Positions 20,404-29,388 of a DNA stretch of 64,000 nt are shown here, piece by piece; the stretch's first letter is position 1; each line of letters starts with the position of its first letter. The DNA is from Candidatus Sericytochromatia bacterium (GTDB lineage: Bacteria > Cyanobacteriota > Sericytochromatia > S15B-MN24 > VGJW01): positions 1-64,000 of the forward strand of contig JAYKHS010000007.1 in assembly GCA_035285865.1 (NCBI GenBank), in the 5' to 3' direction. The position numbers and the translations under genes were made by a program. Under the pieces are notes generated by a model. That model was not told the DNA's origin and did not search any database. It was given only the letters and a program-made list of their open reading frames with translations.

Positions 20404-21879
20404 TTGGACAAGAAGAAGACCCCGGCTCCGGCCAAGAAGATCGCCCCTAAGGCGACCGAACTGACCGCCACGGTGCCTGCCGAAAATCCCGCGACCGCAC
20501 TTGCTTCCGAGCCTGCGAAGGCCGCGACCAAAGCTGCTCCGGCCGCGCGCAAGGCAGCCGCTGCCAAGGCATCACCTGCCGGAAAGACTGCAACCAAGGC
20601 AGAGGCCGGCAAACCATCCGTGACGGCCAAGGTGGCCACGCGCAAGCCCCGCGCCGGCAAGAGCGAGGCCAAGGCCGAGCAGCAGGCCGTGCTTGCCGAA
20701 GCAGAAGGCCCCAAGAGAATTCTCTGCATCGCCTGTGTGGTGTCGGGACGACCCTTCATGAAGGAAGCGGCCAAGGCAGGCCACAAGGTCATCGTGCTGA
20801 CCGGCGAGAAGCGCCTCAAGGACGAGTGGCCGCGCGAGATCCTCGAGGAGGTCATCGCCGTGCCGGACATCTTCGACGAGAAGGTCGTCCGCAAAGTCAT
20901 CGCCTACATTTCCCAGCGCCGGAAGATCGATCGCATCGTGCCGATGGGTGATTTCGACGTCGAGATCGCGTGCATGCTTCGCGAGCACATGCGCGTGCCC
21001 GGGATGGGCGAGACGACGATGCGCTATTTCCGAGACAAGCTGGCCATGCGCATGAAGACCCGCGAGGACGGGATTCCTGTCCCCGATTTCGTCCACGTGC
21101 TCAACCACGACGAGGTCTTCAAGTACATGCAGCGCGTGCCGGCCCCCTGGGTCATCAAGCCCCGGCAGGAGGCTGCGTCCATGGGCATCGAGGTGCTCAA
21201 GGACGACCAAGCCGTCTGGAAGAAGATCATGGAGCTTGGTGACAAGCAGTCCCACTACCTCCTCGAGAAGTACACCCCGGGCGACGTCTATCACGTCGAC
21301 TCGGTCGTTTCCGAGCGCGACGTGGTCTTCGCTTCCGTGTCCCGTTACGGGACGCCGATGCTGGATCTCAACAAGTCGGGCGGCGTGTTCACCACCCGGA
21401 CCATCGACCGCAAGTCTGCGGACTACAAGGCGCTGGTCGAGATCAACCGGCAGGTCGTGGCCAGCCTCGGCTTGGTCCGTGGCGTGACACACATCGAGTA
21501 CATCAAGGGCCGGGAGGACGGCAAGTTCTACTTCCTCGAGGCCGGTGCCCGCGTGGGGGCAGCCAAGATCCCCGACGTGGCATGGTACGCGACGGATGTC
21601 TGCCTTTGGTTTGAATGGGCCAAGATCGAAACCCAGACGACCTACACCCTGCCCAAGGTGCGCAACGGTTATGCCGGTGGCATCGTCTGCCTGGCGCGTC
21701 AGGAGAATCCGGACATGACTCCGTACAACGATCCCGAGGTGGTCTGGGTCCAGAAGAAGAAGCACCACGCCGGCGTGATCGTGCGGTCGGACGATCCCAA
21801 GCGAGTCGAGGAGCTGGTCAACCAGTACGCCGCGCGTTTCGCACAGGACTTCATGGCCCACGTGCCGCTGAAGGCCTGA
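20404..21879 (+). CDS. ATP-grasp domain protein with an Ala/Lys-rich N-terminal extension
   Basis: FRDKLAMR, WVIKPR...SMGI, LLEKY, THIEY and YFLEAGARVG. GGAG RBS before TTG 20404; 20374 is an alternative start. Confidence 0.8.
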   Translation: MDKKKTPAPAKKIAPKATELTATVPAENPATALASEPAKAATKAAPAARKAAAAKASPAGKTATKAEAGKPSVTAKVATRKPRAGKSEAKAEQQAVLAEAEGPKRILCIACVVSGRPFMKEAAKAGHKVIVLTGEKRLKDEWPREILEEVIAVPDIFDEKVVRKVIAYISQRRKIDRIVPMGDFDVEIACMLREHMRVPGMGETTMRYFRDKLAMRMKTREDGIPVPDFVHVLNHDEVFKYMQRVPAPWVIKPRQEAASMGIEVLKDDQAVWKKIMELGDKQSHYLLEKYTPGDVYHVDSVVSERDVVFASVSRYGTPMLDLNKSGGVFTTRTIDRKSADYKALVEINRQVVASLGLVRGVTHIEYIKGREDGKFYFLEAGARVGAAKIPDVAWYATDVCLWFEWAKIETQTTYTLPKVRNGYAGGIVCLARQENPDMTPYNDPEVVWVQKKKHHAGVIVRSDDPKRVEELVNQYAARFAQDFMAHVPLKA

Positions 21880-21894
21880 CGGTCAGCAGTAGCA

Positions 21895-21927
21895 GAAGGG
21901 CACCCCCGCGAACCGGGGGTGCCCTTC
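21895..21927. terminator. Hairpin between convergent genes (probable bidirectional terminator)
   Basis: Perfect 14-bp stem GAAGGGCACCCCCG / CGGGGGTGCCCTTC with a 5-nt loop. No long U-tract. Confidence 0.7.
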
Positions 21928-21974
21928 CTGCGTGCGCCAGTCACGCCTGGACTCAGGCGAGACGCGACGCAAGC

Positions 21975-22310
21975 TCACACCTGGCTGCCCGGCTCGGCCT
22001 CGATGAGTTCCTCGCGCTTGTAGGCAGCTGCCTTGCGTCCGGCCTCATAAGCCTCCTCGAGTGCCCCCTGGATAGTGGAGAGCTTGCCCTCGAGCGAAAC
22101 CCGAACCTGATCCAGCACCTCTTCGGTATTGCCACGAACCTTGTCGAGGACCTCCTGAGTCCGGGACTTCAGGTCTCCCATCTGTTCGGCCACCTGGTCA
22201 CGCGTCCGGCTGCCGGACTGGGGTGCCATGGCCATGCCGGCGAGGAAGCCGCCAACTGCTCCCATGAGGAAACCGACAAGCAGATCTCCGGAACCACCTC
22301 TGGACGACAT
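21975..22310 (-). CDS. YtxH-domain protein
   Basis: GFLMGAVGGFLAGMAMAPQSGSRTRDQV followed by a coiled coil. Strong AGGAGGT RBS. Confidence 0.85.
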   Translation of the reverse strand: MSSRGGSGDLLVGFLMGAVGGFLAGMAMAPQSGSRTRDQVAEQMGDLKSRTQEVLDKVRGNTEEVLDQVRVSLEGKLSTIQGALEEAYEAGRKAAAYKREELIEAEPGSQV

Positions 22311-22389
22311 GGTCACCTCCTTGGATACATCGCGCGCGGCCAATGGTAGCTCCGGCAAAGCCCGGCCACAAGGCCGAGAGCACCAACAG

Positions 22390-23049
22390 TCAATTGCGGG
22401 AGAATCGCATTCCCCTGACGAAGAAGTATCCCTGCCCCTCGAGCGAGGCGGCAAATCCGCGGAGGCGTTCCAGCTCCTCTTCGATCCGCTCCCCCACGGC
22501 AGCAAGTCGTTCCAAGGCACCGGGACACTCCAGAAAGCGCTGCTTGGCGAAAAGATCTGTCTGCAAGGCCCAGGCAGCTACCCACGACGCACGCTCCGGC
22601 TCGTCCGGCAGCTCATCCGGAAGGGGCAATGCAGCCAGACGCCCCATCAAGGATGCATACTCGCGATAGGCATCTCGCAAGCGCCCGATCCGCTCTCCAC
22701 CGCGGTCAGGCTCCTCGTCCGGCACCGCCACGACCCTTGCCTGGGGAAAGGGCGCACCCTGCACGCGATCAAGCAATCGGACCCGGTGCTGCCCGAGAGT
22801 CAGGATGTTCATCCGGCCATCGGGAAAGCGGACAACCTGCTCGATGGACGCGACGGTGGCCCAATCGAAGGCACCGTCTTCATGTCCCGGCTCGTCACGG
22901 GAGAGGGCGACGACGAATCCGGAACGTGTGTCCAGACAGTGCTCCACCATCGCACGATATCTGGGCTCGAAGATGTGCAATGGCAGGGGCATGCCCGGAA
23001 ACAGCACAAGGTTCAAGGGGAAGAGCGGCAGCACACCCGCATCGGTCAT
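22390..23049 (-). CDS. Stand-alone Lon peptidase N-terminal (substrate-binding) domain protein
   Basis: LPLFPLNLVLFPGMPLPLHIFEPRYRAMV...PDGRMNI...KQRFLE. Confidence 0.88.
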   Translation of the reverse strand: MTDAGVLPLFPLNLVLFPGMPLPLHIFEPRYRAMVEHCLDTRSGFVVALSRDEPGHEDGAFDWATVASIEQVVRFPDGRMNILTLGQHRVRLLDRVQGAPFPQARVVAVPDEEPDRGGERIGRLRDAYREYASLMGRLAALPLPDELPDEPERASWVAAWALQTDLFAKQRFLECPGALERLAAVGERIEEELERLRGFAASLEGQGYFFVRGMRFSRN

Positions 23050-23052
23050 GAT

Positions 23053-24663
23053 TCAGAATGCCGCGCCGAGACGACCGCCCACCGCCACGTCAGCGAGACC
23101 GCCCGAAGCCGTCCTTCCCGGGGCGACAAAGCCGGAAGGCGTCACCAGCGAGAACAGCGTCAAATCCAGAGGCCCCAGACGGAAACCAATCTCCCCACGG
23201 CCATACAGGCCCAGCGCTGTCCTGAGCGCACTACCCTCCTGCTTGGCTACCGTGCCATCAGCCGTGGTCAAACCAGCCTGCACAATGGCTCCCGAACCGG
23301 AAAGCTCCAACGGGATGTCCTGTCGGTAATCCGCATTGGCCGCAAAGGTCTGGCTGCCCGCCACGACGGCAGGACCCAGTTCCGTCCGGAACAGCAAGGA
23401 AAATCCGGGCGCCAGGGCAAAGTGCGCCATCATGCCACCCATCAGGCCGCCCCCACCGCCGAAGTCGACGCCGGTCTTGAGGTTGGCGTCTGCAGTCGCC
23501 GCCCCGCCGACAATCTTCCCCCCCCATCCGAACCGCGCCATCATGAGCGGACCGCCGTAGAACTGGATCTGACCGATGCTGGCCACGTTGGGTCCGGTCG
23601 AACCCAACCGCAAGCCGGCCAGCGCGAAAGCGCCGTTGTCCGACAACACGGGGGCAACATTGACGAACCAATCCGAGAAGGACACGGCTGGAGCACGCGT
23701 TCCGTAGGTCGCTCCCTTGCCGTAGGCCGTGCGCCCCAACTCGACCAGAAGCCCAAGCCCTCCGAGGTCGAGGCGAGAGCCCGTTGTCGGCTCGGCCACC
23801 GCCCCGACGCCCATGGCCACCCCGTTTCCGGCCAGGCGGAAGTAGGTCGGCACGAGCGCCCCGAGGGACACGGCCCACGGCGTCTCACGACGCCAACGCG
23901 GCCCGGGATCGTTGACGACGGCATCGGGCAGCCTCGAGCGCACCTTTCCCGAAAGTTGCTCGCGCAAGGTATCGAACGCCTTGGCCGCTGCGCTGGCGAA
24001 CTCGTAGCGGTTGACCTCGCGACCACCCCGGAAGAGGCCATCTCCGTAGCCGGACAAGACCTGATACTTGACCACGGTCTTCAGGATGGCGTCATAGCCT
24101 TTGTCCAGAGGAGAAACATCCGAGAAGGGGTTGACCGGGTCCTGGATCGTAGACCGTGCCAGCAAATCCTTTTTCTCGAGCAACTCGACCAGTTTGGCGA
24201 AAACTGCAGCCAATTCGGTCCGCGTGACCGGTCTCGCGGGCTGAAAGCGCGAGACGCCGACATCGGGGAAGTAGTCGAACAGATTGTACTGGCTGGCCAA
24301 CTGCTCGACCTGCTTACGAAAGGAGGCATTCTCGATATCGTCGAAGTTGAACAGGGACAGGGCATTGTCAGCGAGTTTCTTGCGGGAGGTCGCCTCGATC
24401 TCTCGGATGAAGGCACCCACGGTCTGGGCCATCACGAGGCGACTGACCGGCAACTCACCCTTGAAGCGGTTATTCTCCACCGGCATCAGGCGCGACCGGA
24501 TGGCGACGGCCCGAACGGAATCGATGGCCCAGTGGTCGGCAGGCACATCCGTGAATCCTGGCCGCTCGCGTCCCGCCGCCATGGCCGGGGCAAGCGGCAA
24601 CCAGGTCGGAGAGGCCGCGAGCAGCACGCCGAGGATCAGGTGACGACGAATGGCGCGGTTCAT
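23053..24663 (-). CDS. S-layer homology (3x SLH) protein with a probable C-terminal outer-membrane beta-barrel
   Basis: Signal peptide. SLH-like motifs FTDVPADHWA..VSR, FDDI..FQPARPVTRTELA and FSDV..GYGDGLFRGGREVNRYEFA. Gly/aromatic beta-strand C-terminus ending in Phe. Confidence 0.75.
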   Translation of the reverse strand: MNRAIRRHLILGVLLAASPTWLPLAPAMAAGRERPGFTDVPADHWAIDSVRAVAIRSRLMPVENNRFKGELPVSRLVMAQTVGAFIREIEATSRKKLADNALSLFNFDDIENASFRKQVEQLASQYNLFDYFPDVGVSRFQPARPVTRTELAAVFAKLVELLEKKDLLARSTIQDPVNPFSDVSPLDKGYDAILKTVVKYQVLSGYGDGLFRGGREVNRYEFASAAAKAFDTLREQLSGKVRSRLPDAVVNDPGPRWRRETPWAVSLGALVPTYFRLAGNGVAMGVGAVAEPTTGSRLDLGGLGLLVELGRTAYGKGATYGTRAPAVSFSDWFVNVAPVLSDNGAFALAGLRLGSTGPNVASIGQIQFYGGPLMMARFGWGGKIVGGAATADANLKTGVDFGGGGGLMGGMMAHFALAPGFSLLFRTELGPAVVAGSQTFAANADYRQDIPLELSGSGAIVQAGLTTADGTVAKQEGSALRTALGLYGRGEIGFRLGPLDLTLFSLVTPSGFVAPGRTASGGLADVAVGGRLGAAF

Positions 24664-24785
24664 GGCATGCTGCTCGTACCCCTCCGGACACTGTGGCAAA
24701 CACGAGGTTTGCCGGCTCGGGCACGGGGTACGGAGAGGCGTGGCCGCGCACAGCGGTGGATACGCGTTGTGAGGAGTCAGGGCGG

Positions 24786-25487
24786 ATGCGTCGAGCTTTG
24801 GCGGTGGTGCCCGTGGTTTTGGCCGGTTGCACGGCCAGCGACGGCCTGAAGCTCGTGTCACCCTCGGCCACGACCAACGCACCCGTCAACTGGGAGCAAC
24901 TGGCCATCAATGCCGCTGCAGACGAGGGCTCCTTCAATCTGTTGGCCAATGCTGACGACGGTTCTCAGGTCGAGGTCAAGGCCGTCCAGGGCGAGGATCC
25001 GCCTGAGTTCCGCCTCGACCAGCTGGTCCTGGCAAGTACGGCCGACCTCATCACGGATGCGACCGCATCAGGACCGGAGGACACCATTGTCTTCACGAAT
25101 GCGTATCGGCCCGGCAGCACCTACGCCTACCGCTACACGACCTCATACGAGCACAAGGGTCAGGCCCCTGCTGTGAGCGTGTTGGAGTTGGGTGCGGAAA
25201 CCTCTGACTTGGCCCCTGCGGACGTCGCGGAGACCACGGTGTTCACCTCGATTTCCAGCAAGTCGGTCACCCTGGCGCTCAAGCCCTGCACAAGCACGGT
25301 GGAGTCGAGCTGCTCCATCAGCGGGGTGGTCTGGTTCACCGTTCCTGCGGACACCGAGGCGCAATCCCTGAGGCTCTACCTGAAGCTGCTCAACGCCGCC
25401 GGCAAGGCACAGGCGGGTCAACCGTCGACGGCTCTCCCCGTTCAAGCGCCGGTCGAGCCGGCTCCCGTCACGCCGCCAGCCACCTAG
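24786..25487 (+). CDS. Hypothetical lipoprotein
   Basis: MRRALAVVPVVLAGC lipobox. AGGAG RBS upstream. Confidence 0.7.
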   Translation: MRRALAVVPVVLAGCTASDGLKLVSPSATTNAPVNWEQLAINAAADEGSFNLLANADDGSQVEVKAVQGEDPPEFRLDQLVLASTADLITDATASGPEDTIVFTNAYRPGSTYAYRYTTSYEHKGQAPAVSVLELGAETSDLAPADVAETTVFTSISSKSVTLALKPCTSTVESSCSISGVVWFTVPADTEAQSLRLYLKLLNAAGKAQAGQPSTALPVQAPVEPAPVTPPAT

Positions 25488-25571
25488 AGGCCAAGCCCGA
25501 ATCCCTGCCCTTCCGTCAGCCCCACGGAGGCGGTCCGGGCACAAGTTTGGCGTGAGCCGGTGCGCGACCCG

Positions 25572-26192
25572 CTACTTGAAGAGCGTGTTGGTCCGCAGGA
25601 GCGAAGCCACCACAGGCAACGCCACCAAGGCGCCAGCAGCAAGAAAGGTGCCGAAGCCCCAGAGGAACGCCGCCGGGCCATCCTCGTCGATCTGGATGGG
25701 CGGGCCGATCTCGGCCTCGACGATCTTGCCGTCGTAGTCCGGATCGCGGAAGACCATCTTGTAGCGACCGGCCGGCACATAGAAGCCAAGCGTCATCTGG
25801 ACGGACTCCCCCGGGCGCGCACGGACGCGCGTCGTCGCGCGAGAGTAGGGATGCGGGCGGTATACCCCGGCACCCACGGCCTCGAGGGTGAACTCGGTCG
25901 CTTCGAACTTCCGGCCCTCAGCCAGCTCGCCGAGATCATTATTGTTCGTGATTCGGACCGTGACGAGCATCAGGTGCTTGGTGGAACTGTCCCGCTGGCT
26001 GGAAACCGTACCCTTGCTGGGCAGGAAGGACGCATCCGACAGGGGATCGGCCTCCACCGCCTCGATGATCTCAAAATCGTAGGGCACGAAGGCCGAGCCC
26101 CGATCCGACTCGGCACGGACGGCCGGTGCCCCGGCCAGGACCATCAGGACGGACAGGACGACTCCGGTCAACCGGGAGAACCGTGGATGCAC
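25572..26192 (-). CDS. Exported hypothetical protein with a C-terminal membrane anchor (Ig-like/DUF4352-like core possible)
   Basis: AGGAGGAG RBS before GTG 26192. Signal peptide ending AVRA. C-terminal hydrophobic helix. Confidence 0.6.
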   Translation of the reverse strand: MHPRFSRLTGVVLSVLMVLAGAPAVRAESDRGSAFVPYDFEIIEAVEADPLSDASFLPSKGTVSSQRDSSTKHLMLVTVRITNNNDLGELAEGRKFEATEFTLEAVGAGVYRPHPYSRATTRVRARPGESVQMTLGFYVPAGRYKMVFRDPDYDGKIVEAEIGPPIQIDEDGPAAFLWGFGTFLAAGALVALPVVASLLRTNTLFK

Positions 26193-26236
26193 GAGCGATG
26201 CTCCTCCTGAACGACTGTACCCGCCGGGACCCCGGC

Positions 26237-27190
26237 TCATAGCAGGAGGAGCGCCCACCACCACGGAGACATCCCCCCGCCGTGGGTCACGACCGTCTCC
26301 TCGACCAGGCCTTCCTCCGCAGCGGCGTCGGCAATGCGCTCCAGCGCACCCGGCGGCATGTCCTCGGCGTGCGGGGCATCCTCCACCGGGGCGAATACCT
26401 TGGCAAACCAGGCAGCACGCTGAAGGACCAGCGGGAAATCGGGATCTTCGGCAAACTCGCCATCCAGCAGGCCGAGCACGAAGCGTGCCCGGAAGGGCTC
26501 GACGCCTGCCCGTTCCCACAACGGGATGCGCAAGTCCTCGCCATGCCCGGTGCCGAAACGAATCGTGCCGCCCGCTAGCCCGGAGACATCGGCGAAGAGG
26601 TCGAACCTGTGGATCAGTTCTTCGGCCTCGCGTTTCAGCCCCTCGGCCATGCGTCGACCGGTTTCCGTCAGCACGAAGCGATGCCGGGCGGGAGCGTGCC
26701 GCAGCAGATCCCGACGCTCTGCCAGCAACAGCAGATCCTGCATGCGCTCCACCTGGTCGGCACCAAGCGCCAACCCGTCTTCCCGGGACGCCCAGACCAG
26801 CCCCATGAGCCCATAGGCCTGCATGTGGCGGGCCTGTCTCGACGCCTCGTCGTCAGACCTCACAGTCAGCACCACCGGGCCGCGTGCATCGGCAAAGAGC
26901 TGCCGCACGGGCGCCTCGGGATCCAAAGGTTCCTCACCCGCCAGGATTTCGACACCTTCGCGAATTTCCAACTCCGGCCCCGAACCGACGAAGACCCGCC
27001 GATGCAAAGCTTCCAGCACCGTCGCGCGATCCCTGTCGAGTCCGAAGCGCCGGACGGCATCGTCGGGATCACCCAGGACACCGAAGACCAGATCGGCCGC
27101 CGTGCCCTGCATCTCCCCTTGAGACAAGACGACGGTCAACGCCAACCCTTCGGCCGGCTCACGCCACTCCAGCGTCGGCAGGCGATTCAT
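26237..27190 (-). CDS. Hypothetical protein
   Basis: 317-aa ORF with GGAGGT RBS in an operon. Ends in the short hydrophobic tail SPWWWALLLL. Confidence 0.7.
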   Translation of the reverse strand: MNRLPTLEWREPAEGLALTVVLSQGEMQGTAADLVFGVLGDPDDAVRRFGLDRDRATVLEALHRRVFVGSGPELEIREGVEILAGEEPLDPEAPVRQLFADARGPVVLTVRSDDEASRQARHMQAYGLMGLVWASREDGLALGADQVERMQDLLLLAERRDLLRHAPARHRFVLTETGRRMAEGLKREAEELIHRFDLFADVSGLAGGTIRFGTGHGEDLRIPLWERAGVEPFRARFVLGLLDGEFAEDPDFPLVLQRAAWFAKVFAPVEDAPHAEDMPPGALERIADAAAEEGLVEETVVTHGGGMSPWWWALLLL

Positions 27191-27205
27191 GTTGCTACCT
27201 CCGGT

Positions 27206-28045
27206 CTAGCGACGCCGCCCGCCCCAGCTCCGACGGCCCCCGCCGAAGCTGCCGGAGGAGCGACGACCACCCCAACCCGAAGAACCGGACGACCCACCGC
27301 CGAACCAGCTGCGGCGCTGGGTCCGGTATCCGGAAGACGACCCCCCTGAACCCGACGAGCCGAAGCGACGCTGGCTGCCGACCTGCCCCTTCTTGCCGAA
27401 CCAGCGCGACATGAAGCCCTTGTTGGCCGAGTTCTGGGTTCGCCAGGCCGGCGAGGTCCGATAGGCATCACGATGATTGCGCAGCACGGTAGTTCGCCGC
27501 CAAGGCGTGCTGTAGCCAAACCCGCCATTGAAGACCTGATTCAGGATCATGAACTGCACGAACGGACTGTCCAGAAGGCTGCCCGAGTGATACTGCGGCG
27601 GCGGATAACCCTGGAAAAAGGGCTGTCCCTGCCCCCCGCTGATCTGGTACGGAAAGCCCTTGGCACCCTCGGGGACGCCCGTCTGCTCGAGCGCGAAGAG
27701 CTTGCGATCCTTGTCCTCGCCAAAGCCACCCTCGCCGTCGACATCGACATAACCGACGACCTTGACCATGCCATCCTTGCGCCGGGCATCAATGGACACG
27801 ACCTCGTCCCCACCGTGGATTTCGTTGACTCGCTTCTCGAAGGCCTGCATCCAGGAGTCAAAGTCCTTGCCTTGGGCCTTGAAGAAGGCCTCGTGCACTG
27901 CATCGAGGTTGATGGCATCGCGGTCCCCGGAGACGCGCGCAGAGACGTAGCGATCGCCGTCGGATTCGGCGCTTTCGCTTCCACCGCCGCTGCAGGCCGC
28001 GAGAAACACCGCCGCGAGCAGACCGGAAATCAACCGTCGGTTCAT
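27206..28045 (-). CDS. Hypothetical lipoprotein with a Gly/Ser/Arg-rich C-terminal tail
   Basis: MNRRLISGLLAAVFLAAC lipobox, AAGGAGG RBS and tail ...GGGRRSWGGRRR. Confidence 0.75.
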   Translation of the reverse strand: MNRRLISGLLAAVFLAACSGGGSESAESDGDRYVSARVSGDRDAINLDAVHEAFFKAQGKDFDSWMQAFEKRVNEIHGGDEVVSIDARRKDGMVKVVGYVDVDGEGGFGEDKDRKLFALEQTGVPEGAKGFPYQISGGQGQPFFQGYPPPQYHSGSLLDSPFVQFMILNQVFNGGFGYSTPWRRTTVLRNHRDAYRTSPAWRTQNSANKGFMSRWFGKKGQVGSQRRFGSSGSGGSSSGYRTQRRSWFGGGSSGSSGWGGRRSSGSFGGGRRSWGGRRR

Positions 28046-28059
28046 CTTGCTTGCCTCCT

Positions 28060-29388
28060 TCATGCCGGCCACAGGCTAGTGAGCACCATGGCCAGAGTCA
28101 ACACCGACACCACGACCACCATCCCCCAGACCACCGCATTGTAGCCCACTCCGTTGACGTGGACCCCCATGAGGCGACGGTCGTTGACCAGCCTCAACAT
28201 GTAGACGAGGATGACGGGCAAAAGGATTCCGTTGATGTCCTGCGCGACCAGCATCAGCGGCAGCAGGGGCAGACCGGGCAGCATGGCCACGACCGCGCCT
28301 ACGATGATCAGCAACGTGTAGAGGCCAAGGAAAACCGGGGCCCGGCGGAAGTCCTTGCCGAGGCCGGCCTCGAAGCCGAAGGCCTCGCAGACGGCGTAAG
28401 CGGTTGCCAGGGGCACCACCGAAGCAGCCAGGAGCGAGGCCCCCAGGAGGCCCACACCGAACAGCAGTCCGGCGTGGCGACCGGCCACCGGGACGAGGGC
28501 TGAAGCCGCGGACGCCGCGTCGGACAGGGCATGCGGTTGCAGCCCCGGATAAAACAAGGCGGCCGCCGTTGCCACGATGATGAAGAAGGAGACAAGATCA
28601 GCCGTCAGCGCACCGAAGAAGGCATCGAAACGTGCAAATCCGTATTGACGGATGGTCACGCCCTTGTCCACCACCGACGCCTGCAGGAAGAACTGCATCC
28701 ACGGCGTGATCGTGGTGCCGATGGTCGCTATGAGCACCAACAGATAGCCCTGGAGATGCTCCCGGTTACCGACCCCATGCGGCGGTGCCGGCCACGTCGG
28801 GACTACGGCATTCCGCAGGACCTCGGACCAGTCCGGACGGGCCATGAAGGCTGCGGCAACATAGGCGAGGAACACGAGCGCAAGCCCCATCAGCGTCCGC
28901 TCGACCCGCGCGAAATTCCCCCGTGCCACCAGCCACCATAGCCCCATGGCCGCAATCGGGATGGCAACCCATCGCGGGACGCCGAAGAGTTCGGCGGCCG
29001 CAGCAACTCCGGCGAAGTCCGCCAAGGTCGTCGCGACGTTGGCGACCAGCAGGCAGGCCATGGCGAAGACCGTCGCCCGCAGTCCGAACCGCTCGCGAAT
29101 CAGCGAGGACAGCCCCTTGCCCGTGACGGCGCCCATTCGGGTCGCCATTTCCTGGATCATGGCCAGCGCGACCGTGATGAGCAGCAGCGCCCAGAGCATC
29201 GTGTATCCGTAGCGGGCTCCTGCCGTCGCGTAGGTGGCAATGCCACCGGCGTCGTTACCGGCGCTGGAAGCCAGTATCCCCGGACCGAGGGTGCCCAGCA
29301 GCATGAGCCACCGCCGCTTGTTGAAGCGGATCGTGACGAGCGCATCCGCTTCGGCCTCGGATACGTGGAGCTTGCCGGTACCCGGCAT
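28060..29388 (-). CDS. NRAMP-family divalent metal transporter (NRMT/Mg2+-type clade likely)
   Basis: GPG...GNDAGGIATY, QEMATRMGAVTGKGL and IGTTITPW; about 11 TM helices. Confidence 0.88.
   Translation of the reverse strand: MPGTGKLHVSEAEADALVTIRFNKRRWLMLLGTLGPGILASSAGNDAGGIATYATAGARYGYTMLWALLLITVALAMIQEMATRMGAVTGKGLSSLIRERFGLRATVFAMACLLVANVATTLADFAGVAAAAELFGVPRWVAIPIAAMGLWWLVARGNFARVERTLMGLALVFLAYVAAAFMARPDWSEVLRNAVVPTWPAPPHGVGNREHLQGYLLVLIATIGTTITPWMQFFLQASVVDKGVTIRQYGFARFDAFFGALTADLVSFFIIVATAAALFYPGLQPHALSDAASAASALVPVAGRHAGLLFGVGLLGASLLAASVVPLATAYAVCEAFGFEAGLGKDFRRAPVFLGLYTLLIIVGAVVAMLPGLPLLPLMLVAQDINGILLPVILVYMLRLVNDRRLMGVHVNGVGYNAVVWGMVVVVSVLTLAMVLTSLWPA

Noticed and set aside
22228..24849. 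873-aa plus-strand ORF (and the similar 35889-38510 ORF)
   Set aside because: These are antisense shadows of well-supported minus-strand genes.
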